This document shows positions 9,090 to 17,200 of a stretch of DNA of 64,000 nt, one piece after another. The notes beneath the pieces are model-generated. The model ran no database searches, had not been told where the DNA came from, and saw only the letters and a list, made by a program, of their open reading frames with translations. Position numbers and translations under genes: made by a program. This DNA is from Nitrospira sp. (GTDB taxonomy: Bacteria > Nitrospirota > Nitrospiria > Nitrospirales > Nitrospiraceae): positions 24,607 to 88,606 of the forward strand of contig JAURZE010000028.1 in the NCBI GenBank assembly GCA_030653545.1. The letters run 5' to 3'. Position 1 is the first letter of the stretch, and each line of letters begins with the position of its first letter.

Positions 9090-11672
9090 TCACTTATCCA
9101 ACCCGGCGCCCAGAGCAGTCCCTTTGAGCTTCGCGCCCAGCGTCTCGCGAATCACTCGATAGAGTTCATCCACCGCCGCCTCCTTGGTGAGCAACAGGGC
9201 AGCGCCGGCGTGTTTCATCGCCTCCTCGTTCGCGCCACCCGCTTGCACGGACAAACCAATGACGACGGTGCCCGGGTAGCGGGAGACGATTGCGGCCGTC
9301 GCATCAATGCCGTTCATCTTCGGCATATTGATGTCCATGACGACGATAGACGGCTGCACCCGTTCGACGAAGGCCACCGCTTCTTCCCCGTTGCAGGCCT
9401 CGCCCACCACTTCCACATCAGGATAGGCGTCCAGCACCGTGCGTAAGCCCTGCCGCACCATGGCATGATCATCCACCAGGAGGACGCAAATCTTCGCGTC
9501 CTGCTGGTGCAGGTTTGAGTTTGGAGTTCTGGGTCCTGAGTTTCGTCCCTGATCGGACAACTCAGCACTCAAAACTTGCAACTCAGAACTCGGCTCACTT
9601 GTGCTGTCTACAGGCAGCATAAGAGTGGCCGTGGTCCCTTCGCCCGGCGCCGATTGCAGATCGAACCACCCGCCCAGCGCGGTCATCCGTTCCCGAATGC
9701 TGAAGAGTCCGAACTTAGAGGACATGGCGGTAGTAGAACAGCCTGCAGCAGCAAGATCGAAGCCGACGCCGTCGTCGCGCACCTCAATGCACAGCCGACG
9801 CTCCCCCTCTTGCAGACGGATGTATACGTGTTGACAACCCGCATGTTTCAGCGCATTCATCAGCAGCTCACGAACCGACTGAAACAGGAGCACCGCGCAG
9901 TCATTCGACAGGGACCCCGTCGAGGCATTGCCGATCTCGACGAGCACCATTAACCCCTGGCGCTGCATTTGTTCGCCGAGCCACTTAAGTCCGGCCGGAA
10001 GACCATGTTCCTGCAAGACCGGCGGACTCAGTTCGGCCATCAAGGTGCGACTGTAGGTCAACGCTTGGGTCAGCACCCCTTCGGTTTCTTGGACCTTCTC
10101 CACTGCTTTCGGAGGTAAACCGATTCGTTTCATCTGACCGAGATTGAGTAGACCGAGCACGAGCAATTGCGTGAGATAGTCGTGCAGTTCGTCAGCCAGG
10201 CGTTTGCGTTCCCGCTGCTCGGTAAGGTTCAGCATCGTCGCGAGTGCCCGCAAGCGATCCTGCGACTGGACCAGTTCCTCGGTGCGCTCCTTCACCACAT
10301 GCTCCAATTGGCCGGCCAAGGCGCGGAACTGCTCCTCGCTCGCGCGTAAAGCCTCCGCTTTCAGGAGGCGGTCGGTGATGTCCTGCACCGTCCCGATGAT
10401 GCGCGTGGCGCGTCCGTTCTCCGCCGCGTCCCTTTTGCTGGTGAACTCGAGCCAGCGCGCTTCGCCATCGGACCGGCGGATGCGCCCCACAAAGGCGAAC
10501 GGCTCCCGCGCCTCTAACGTCTGGGCCACGGCCTGCTCGAAAATGGGCCTATCGTCGGGATGAATGAACTCTGCGACGAACCGGGCGGCAGTGACCGGCG
10601 GGGATCCTAGCGGCACGCCCAGTATCCGATACGGATACTGGGTTTCCCACAGGACGGAATCTTCGTCGGGCCGCCACGACCAGAAGCCCATCTGCGCGGC
10701 TTCGCTCGCCAGCAGGATGCGCTCCCGGCTCTGCCTCTGCGCTTCCTCCGCCTGCTTGCGCTCGGTGATTTCCTCCACCACTGCGCCAAACCCGACAATC
10801 TCTCCGCCCTCGCCATGCACCGGATACCAGCTCTCGTTCCAATAACGGGTGGCTCCCGGCGCGAGCGCCGTCTCGCCGCTGAACTCGTGATGGAGCACCG
10901 CCTCGCCGGTCGCGAGGATGCGCTCGGTCGCCTCCCGCACTGCCCCCTCCAGCGTGGGGACAATCTCCCCCACCGTCCGCCCGAGGTGCGCCGCGACGGA
11001 GATGCCGTCCATCTCGGCGAGCCGTTCATTGATGCGCACATACCGCAGGTCGCGGTCGAAGTAAGCAAACCCGACGGGCGCACGGGTGAGCAGTGTGTCC
11101 AGCAGCCGCAGCGCGTCCGCCTTCTCCTCCTCCAGCTTCTTGCGGTCGAGGATGTCGCGGATGACCTTGATGTAGCCGGTGCCCGCGCCGTCGGGGTCGC
11201 GCAGGGCGGTGGTGCTCATCTCGACGTGCCGCTCACGGCCGTCGGGCGCGCGGTGGATCAGCTCGCCGCGCCACTCGCCGCGCTCGCGCAGCGCCGTGCG
11301 CATCGTGATTTCAGCCTCAGCGCTCGGCCAGTGCGGGGTGAACATTTCGGTGAACGTGCAACCGAGCACATCGTCGGAGCGGACGCCGTATAGACGCTCG
11401 GCGGCGGCGTTCAGGAAAGTGATGCGCTCCTCGGCGTCCACCGCGATCACCGCATCGCTGACCCGCGCGAGCATCTCGCTGCGGAAGCGGGTCTGCTCGG
11501 CGTCGAGGCCTTGCAAGGTGAAGAGCCGCGGGCCGGCCGCACCCTCCACCACGAGCGCATCGACTTCACCTTCACGGATGGCGCGAAGCGTAGAATCCGA
11601 CTCCTCCAGCCGCGCACGCAACTCCCGGTTTTCCTGAAGGAGGGTCTGAACCGTGGGGGGGGGCTTTGCCAT
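9090..11672 (-). CDS. Hybrid histidine kinase: coiled coil - multiple PAS - HisKA_3 - HATPase_c - REC
   Basis: PAS/PAC repeats, H-box LADELHDYLTQ, ATPase boxes and a C-terminal NarL-class receiver (VLLVDDHAMVRQGL...VVMDINMP...LTKEA) with no HTH. It starts 14 nt after the kaiB stop. Confidence 0.85.
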   Translation of the reverse strand: MAKPPPTVQTLLQENRELRARLEESDSTLRAIREGEVDALVVEGAAGPRLFTLQGLDAEQTRFRSEMLARVSDAVIAVDAEERITFLNAAAERLYGVRSDDVLGCTFTEMFTPHWPSAEAEITMRTALRERGEWRGELIHRAPDGRERHVEMSTTALRDPDGAGTGYIKVIRDILDRKKLEEEKADALRLLDTLLTRAPVGFAYFDRDLRYVRINERLAEMDGISVAAHLGRTVGEIVPTLEGAVREATERILATGEAVLHHEFSGETALAPGATRYWNESWYPVHGEGGEIVGFGAVVEEITERKQAEEAQRQSRERILLASEAAQMGFWSWRPDEDSVLWETQYPYRILGVPLGSPPVTAARFVAEFIHPDDRPIFEQAVAQTLEAREPFAFVGRIRRSDGEARWLEFTSKRDAAENGRATRIIGTVQDITDRLLKAEALRASEEQFRALAGQLEHVVKERTEELVQSQDRLRALATMLNLTEQRERKRLADELHDYLTQLLVLGLLNLGQMKRIGLPPKAVEKVQETEGVLTQALTYSRTLMAELSPPVLQEHGLPAGLKWLGEQMQRQGLMVLVEIGNASTGSLSNDCAVLLFQSVRELLMNALKHAGCQHVYIRLQEGERRLCIEVRDDGVGFDLAAAGCSTTAMSSKFGLFSIRERMTALGGWFDLQSAPGEGTTATLMLPVDSTSEPSSELQVLSAELSDQGRNSGPRTPNSNLHQQDAKICVLLVDDHAMVRQGLRTVLDAYPDVEVVGEACNGEEAVAFVERVQPSIVVMDINMPKMNGIDATAAIVSRYPGTVVIGLSVQAGGANEEAMKHAGAALLLTKEAAVDELYRVIRETLGAKLKGTALGAGLDK
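9241..9480. repeat. Copy 1 of a 240-bp near-identical direct repeat (REC-coding)
   Basis: 12 mismatches in 240 nt against 14459-14698. 9307-9410 is a 104-nt perfect match. The adjacent 60 nt (9181-9240) is only ~77 % identical and 9481 onward is unalignable. Confidence 0.9.
11655..11663 (-). repeat. Homopolymer C9 (G9 on plus strand) in codons 3-6 of the kinase gene
   Basis: The minus strand reads ATG GCA AAG CCC CCC CCC ACG. This is the longest G/C homopolymer I saw in the window. Confidence 0.9.
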
Positions 11673-11686
11673 GAGAAATTTCCAGG

Positions 11687-12052
11687 TTAGGTGAGAGGGC
11701 TTGCCTTCTCCCGTGCCTTGCGAAGATCCAGCCCGAGGAGAATCTTCTCGGTCTGCGACATGTCGCCGATGAAGCGGCGCAGGGGCAGCGGAACTTTTTT
11801 GATCAAGGTCGGCGCGGCGATGATCTGCTCGCCTTTGGCCAGCGTCGGGTGTTGGGAGATATCGATGACTTCAAGGTCGTAATGTCCTTGCAGGTGTTCT
11901 TCGCAAATCTTCCGGATATTCACGATCGCCCGGGTGGAATGGGACGTGGTGCCGGTGATGTAGAGCCGCAGGACATAACGGGCCGTCGCGCTCCCGACAG
12001 TCGCTTGTTCAAATTCGGCGAAACGGTCTGTGGCGGGAATCTTTTTCTTCAT
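11687..12052 (-). CDS. kaiB: KaiB (distal copy, longer N-terminus)
   Basis: YVLRLYITGTTSHSTRAIVNIRKICEEHLQGHYDLEVIDISQHPTLAKGEQIIAAPTLIKKVPLPLRRFIGDMSQTEKILLGLDL aligns end to end with cyanobacterial KaiB. Confidence 0.9.
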   Translation of the reverse strand: MKKKIPATDRFAEFEQATVGSATARYVLRLYITGTTSHSTRAIVNIRKICEEHLQGHYDLEVIDISQHPTLAKGEQIIAAPTLIKKVPLPLRRFIGDMSQTEKILLGLDLRKAREKASPLT

Positions 12053-12056
12053 GCGG

Positions 12057-12353
12057 TTACTCTTTCACCGGCTGCACGTCAAGGCCGACGAGCACGCGCG
12101 CTTCGTTCGACAGGTCGCCGATGATTTTTCTGATCGGCTCGGGTACGCGGCGGACGAGCGTGGGCACCGCGAAGATTTGGTCCCCGGCGGCCAGCTGCGG
12201 CGTAATCATCAGATCAATGATCTCAATGCGGTATTGTCCGGCGAGGTGCGTCTCACAGATGTGCTGGAGATTCGCCAGGGCCGCGCGCGATTTCGGCGTC
12301 TGGCCCGCGACGTAGAGCCGGAGTTCAAATTTTGCAGGTGGCTCCTTTTTCAT
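12057..12353 (-). CDS. kaiB: KaiB (proximal copy)
   Basis: [40 protein letters not shown]...[35 protein letters not shown] 12353 overlaps the kaiC stop (ATGA). The upstream 148 codons of listed ORF 12057..12797 are an out-of-frame overlap with kaiC. Confidence 0.9.
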   Translation of the reverse strand: MKKEPPAKFELRLYVAGQTPKSRAALANLQHICETHLAGQYRIEIIDLMITPQLAAGDQIFAVPTLVRRVPEPIRKIIGDLSNEARVLVGLDVQPVKE

Positions 12354-14098
12354 CGGCTTCCTTTCGTCCGGCTGTTGCCGCTTTTGATGCCGCCGCGCAG
12401 GGCCGCCATGGCGCCGGCGTTTTGCTGCGTGTTCATGGTTTGCAAGGTCTCCTGGGCGATGGCAAAGTTCACATCTTCCTCCGCGGCCTCGCCCTCGGTC
12501 CGGAGCGCGGCGATCTGCGCTTCGAGGGCTTTTCGTTTGGCGGCGAGCTGCCGGAGCTTGCGCGCGTGTTCCTCCTGGCGCAGCCCGGCGGCGGCGCGTT
12601 CCTGCGCTTCCTGCGCCACGCGCGCGGTGCCGGTGAGCACGCGGTCCCCGCCGAGATACACGGCCCGGAGGTCGATGCCCGCGTCGCTCAGCACGAATTC
12701 TCGCACCTGATTCGAGTGCGCCATGCCCCGCGATTTCATCACGTGAATCAAGCGGTTGCGCTCGCCGTTGAATTCCACATTGCGTAGCAGCAGCCACGTA
12801 TCCATGAGCGAGGACACGCCGACCTGGCTATCCTCCGGCGCGGTCGCCGAGGTGCCGCCGGACGTGAGGCTGGTGAAGACCGAGGTGATTTGCAACTGCT
12901 TCACTAAATCGATGAGCCGCATCAGCGTGGGCTTCACCTCCGCCTCGCTGTCGGCGAGCGACAAATTGCTGATAGGATCGACGACCACGACGCCGGGCCG
13001 GAACGCCAGTACCATCTCGTGCATCATCACGAGATGCTGCTCCAGCCCGTGCATCGACGGGCGCGAGCACTGAATCTGGAGCAGCCCTTTTTTCACCCAC
13101 GGCGCAAGGGCGATGCCGATGGAGCGCATGTTGCGTAGCAGTTGCTCGGACGATTCCTCGTAGGCGAAAAGGAGCGCGCGCTCGCCGCGGCGGCACGCGG
13201 TCTCGGCAAACTTCGCGGCAAGGCTGCTTTTGCCCGTGCCCGACGCCCCGGTGAAGAGCACGCTGCTGCCGCGATACACGCCCTGGCCGCCTAACATGGC
13301 ATCGAGCGCCGCGATGCCGGAGGGGATGCGCTCCGTGGAGGCCCGGTGGTCGAGCTGGAGCGACGTGATCGGCAGTACCGACATGCCGCGCTCGCCGATG
13401 ATGAACGGGTATTCGTTCGTGCCGTGCGCCGTGCCGCGATACTTCACCACGCGTAGCCGCCGCGTGCAGATCTGCTCGGCCACGCGGTGGTCGAGCGTGA
13501 TCACGCAATCGGCCACGTATTCCTCCAGCCCGTAGCGCGTGATCGAGGCCTCGCCCTGCTCGCCGGTGATGATGGTCGTCATGCCGCGGTCCTTCAGCCA
13601 GCGAAACAGTCGCCGCAGTTCAGCGCGGAGAATCGCATGATTCGGCAGCCCGGCGAAGAGCGCTTCGACGGTGTCGAGCACCACGCGCTTCGCCCCGATG
13701 GCATCGATGGCGTGCCCGAGCCGGATGAAGAGCCCCTCGAGATCATACTCGCCTGTCTCCTCGATCTCGCTGCGCTCAACGCGGACGTGATCGAGCACGA
13801 TCTGTTTCTTCGCCACGAGCTTGTCCAAGTCGAAGCCGAGCGAGCGCACATTGTCAGTCAGCTCCTGCGCATTTTCCTCGAACATCATGAACACCCCCGG
13901 CTCCCCAAACTGCGTCGCCCCGCGCACGAGGAACTCCAAGGCGAGCATCGTCTTCCCGCACCCCGCCGAGCCGCACACGAGCGTGGGCCGCCCGGTCGGC
14001 AGCCCGCCGCCGGTGATTTGATCGAGACCGGTGATGCCGGTGGGCGCCTTGGAAAGCTGTGGCGGAGGAGAGATCATCGGTCGGGATAGTTTTGCCAT
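12350..14098 (-). CDS. kaiC: KaiC, double RecA-type ATPase with extended C-terminal coiled-coil tail (582 aa)
   Basis: ATG 14098 has AAGGAG 8 nt upstream. Walker A motifs are GSAGCGKT (CI) and GASGTGKS (CII). Catalytic Glu pairs are MFEEN and AYEES. A Ser-Ser pair (GVSSLMDT) sits at the position of the cyanobacterial S431/T432 by hand alignment. About 60 extra C-terminal residues relative to a 519-aa KaiC. Confidence 0.92.
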   Translation of the reverse strand: MAKLSRPMISPPPQLSKAPTGITGLDQITGGGLPTGRPTLVCGSAGCGKTMLALEFLVRGATQFGEPGVFMMFEENAQELTDNVRSLGFDLDKLVAKKQIVLDHVRVERSEIEETGEYDLEGLFIRLGHAIDAIGAKRVVLDTVEALFAGLPNHAILRAELRRLFRWLKDRGMTTIITGEQGEASITRYGLEEYVADCVITLDHRVAEQICTRRLRVVKYRGTAHGTNEYPFIIGERGMSVLPITSLQLDHRASTERIPSGIAALDAMLGGQGVYRGSSVLFTGASGTGKSSLAAKFAETACRRGERALLFAYEESSEQLLRNMRSIGIALAPWVKKGLLQIQCSRPSMHGLEQHLVMMHEMVLAFRPGVVVVDPISNLSLADSEAEVKPTLMRLIDLVKQLQITSVFTSLTSGGTSATAPEDSQVGVSSLMDTWLLLRNVEFNGERNRLIHVMKSRGMAHSNQVREFVLSDAGIDLRAVYLGGDRVLTGTARVAQEAQERAAAGLRQEEHARKLRQLAAKRKALEAQIAALRTEGEAAEEDVNFAIAQETLQTMNTQQNAGAMAALRGGIKSGNSRTKGSR

Positions 14099-14292
14099 GA
14101 GTGGTCGCTCCTTGGAATAAGAGGAAGATCCTATTGGGACAGGGCCCCCATGAGAAACCGTCACTCTTCAACGCACCGTGGCACCCTGCCATACTCCATG
14201 GGATTGTCCCGACACGTTGTGGGCGCTTCGTGCCGGCAGGGGTCCTCGTCTCCCGAATCGCTCGATATAATTCATCCCCTGCTTCTCCTGCT

Positions 14293-17200
14293 TCAGGAGT
14301 TTGGCGGGGCCGGCTCTATACCTTGCTCCGGCACATTTTCCTTGAGTCTCACATCCAGCGATTCGCGGATCGCCTTATAGAGGTCATCCACTGCCGCCTC
14401 CTTGGTGAGGAGCATCGCGGCGCCGGCCTTCCGCATAGACTCCTCGTTCTCGCCGCCCGCTTGCACGGACAAACCAATGACGACGGTGCCCGGGTAACGG
14501 GAGACGATCGCGGCCGTCGCATCGATGCCGTTCATCTTCGGCATATTGATGTCCATGACGACGATAGACGGCTGCACCCGTTCGACGAAGGCCACCGCTT
14601 CTTCCCCGTTGCAGGCCTCGCCCACCACCTCCACATCGGGATAGGAGTCCAGCAACGTGCGCAGGCCCTGCCGCACCATGGCGTGATCGTCCACCAGCAG
14701 GACCCGAATGCTGGCGGCCGCGCGGAGTGAGGGACTGGAGGCCGGGGATACAGAGGCTACGTTTGTTACTTCGCTGGCCTCTTGGACCGCGCCGAGGGCG
14801 GCGCGCCTCGATATTCGTGCCTGCGACCCCGCCAGCGGCAACCGCAGCGTGGCCGTTGTCCCGGCACCCGGCGCGGATTGCACCTCGAAGCTCCCGCCCA
14901 GCGCCTGCATGCGTTCCCGAATGCTGAAGAGACCGAACTTCGAGGACATGGCCATAGTAGAACTGCCAGCAGCAGCAGCAGCAAGATCGAAACCGACGCC
15001 TTCGTCGCGCACCTCAATCTGCAACGTCTCCTGCCGATATTCGAGCGAAACCCATGCTACGCCCACTCCCGCATGCTTGGCCGTGTTGATCAGTAACTCG
15101 CGAGCCGATTGGAACAGCAGCACGGCTCGATCCTCCGGCAACGACAGGTCTTCGGTCTCGATCCGGACCGTCACGGCCAGCCCATGCCGTTGCATCCGCT
15201 CGCCCAGCCAGCGCAGCGCCGCCGGCAAACCAAACTCATGGAGGATCGGAGGGCTGAGATCGATCACCAAGGTCCGCGTGTAGGCCAGCGCCTCGGACAA
15301 CACCTCGTCCGTTTCTTCGACCAATTCGTCGCGTCTCTCCCGCGGCTGCGTCACGCGCTTGCTTTGGCCCAGTTTCATTTTCCCGAGCACCAAGAGTTGC
15401 GCCAGATGATCGTGCAGCTCGGTCGCCAGGCGCCGGCGTTCCCGCTGCTCGGTGAGGGTCAGCTCCGTCGTCAAGGCCCTCAATTGCTCGTGTAGCTGCG
15501 TGAGTTCCTGCGTGCGATCCGCCACACGCTGCTCGAGCTCCGCTGCGGCCTGCCTGCGTTCGGTGGTGTCGGTGAAATAGCAGACCACCCCGACCTGACC
15601 GTCGGGCAAGGTGACCCGCTGCGTTTCCCAATCGTACGATTGCTCCACGCCCAGATCGTAGCGTCGTCTGGAAAATTCAGGTGAGATGTACCGCTCACCG
15701 GTCTCCAGGGTGTGCCGGAAAATGTCCGCGACTTGTCCGCCGACTTCCGAACCCCACAGAATCCTGACGACATCTGAAAAATCGCGGCCGATCAGCGGCT
15801 GCACCGAGGCGAACGCCGGGAGGGCTCTCGAATTGATTTGCTGCACGCGGAATTGGCCGTCGACGACATACATGCCGACCGGCGCCTGTTCGATGAGGGT
15901 GGAAAACAATGTCTCGTTCTGACGCAACGCCGCTTCCACTCGCTCCCGCTCCGTAATATCGCGTGCAATCTCCGCCGCCCCGATGACTCGGCCCTCGGCG
16001 CCCTTGATAGGCGAAACGGTCAGCGACACGCCGACGAGGCTTCCGTCCTTGCGCCTGCGGACGGTGTCGTAATGCTCGGTACTTTGGCCACGTGTGACCC
16101 GCTCCAGATTACGCTTCTCCTCGTCCTTACGGTCCGGCGGAAGCAGCCTCGCGGACGGCCCGCCCACCGCTTCCTCAGCCGTATAGTCGAACAGCCGCCG
16201 GGCCCCTTGATTCCAACTGGTGATGATGCCGTGAAGGTCTTTACTGAGGATGGCGTCATCCGACGATTCCACAATCGCGGCAAGTCTGGCCCGCGAGGCT
16301 TCCGCCTGTGTACGTTCGGTGATGTCCTCGATGACGAGGAGAATGCGGTTCATCCCATTCTGGCTGTGCTCGATGCGCCGGGCATAGAGCAGCATGATGC
16401 GGCGGCCCAGGTGTTTGAAGACGTGATCCACGCGGAACTCTTCGATACTGCCGTGAGACGGCTGAATCTGCTCCAGCAGCTCGTGCAAGCGCGGGATGTC
16501 CCACTGGCCGTTGCCTAAGTCGTAGATGCGCCGGCCGATCGTCTCGGCGGGCGCCACCTGGAAGATGCGATAAAAGGCGCGGCTGGCGCGTTCGACGCGC
16601 AGCTGCTCATCGAGCACGAGCAGCGGCTCGCGCACCGTCTCGAGCGTGTCCCCCGCGAGCTTCAGCGCGGCCGCGACGTTTTGTTCGTTGCGTTTGGCAG
16701 CGTCGATGTCCACCAGGACGAGGACCGCGCCGTCCACCTTGCCGTCGAGCGTCAGGTACGGGCGCACGCGAAGAGCATGCCAGTGGCCGCTTTTGTCGCG
16801 CACCTCGCATTCCTGCTCGCGCAGGTCAGCGATGACTCCGCCGGCCAGGACCTCCAGATCGAGCGGCGATTCCCCGCTGCCGGTCGCCACGAGGTTGTGC
16901 CGGATGTGATTGATCGGCCTTCCAATATCGGCCGCCAGCAAATCAAACTGCTTTTCCGCCTGCGCGCTGAACCGGCGAATGGTCAGATCGCGCCCCAGCA
17001 ACACGATGGCGAGTTTGGCCGAGGTCTGGAGGTTGACCAGGTCGTTGTTGAGGCGGGAAAGCTCGACGTTCCGGTTCGTCATTTCCTCGTTGACCGTGGT
17101 CAGCTCTTCGTTGGCCGATTCCAACTCTTCTTTGGACGTCTCGAGTTCCTCGTTGATGCTTTGCAACTCTTCGTTGGCGGACTGGACTTCCTCATTGGAC

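Noticed and set aside
12350-12637. KaiC tail as a canonical CheR/CheB substrate
   Set aside because: I scanned the tail for the MCP methylation consensus (small-small-x-x-E/Q-E/Q-x-x-small-small) and found no match. The idea is kept only as a speculative test, not a claim.
12354-12797. N-terminal 148 codons of listed ORF 12057..12797 (would make a 246-aa KaiB)
   Set aside because: This part is Arg/Ala/Pro/Gly junk read out of frame across the kaiC 3' end. KaiB homology starts exactly at ATG 12353, which overlaps the kaiC stop.
14099-14292. Sigma-54 type promoter (TGGCAG...GC) upstream of kaiC
   Set aside because: The GG and GC elements are not at the required 10-nt spacing, and no enhancer-binding protein is nearby.
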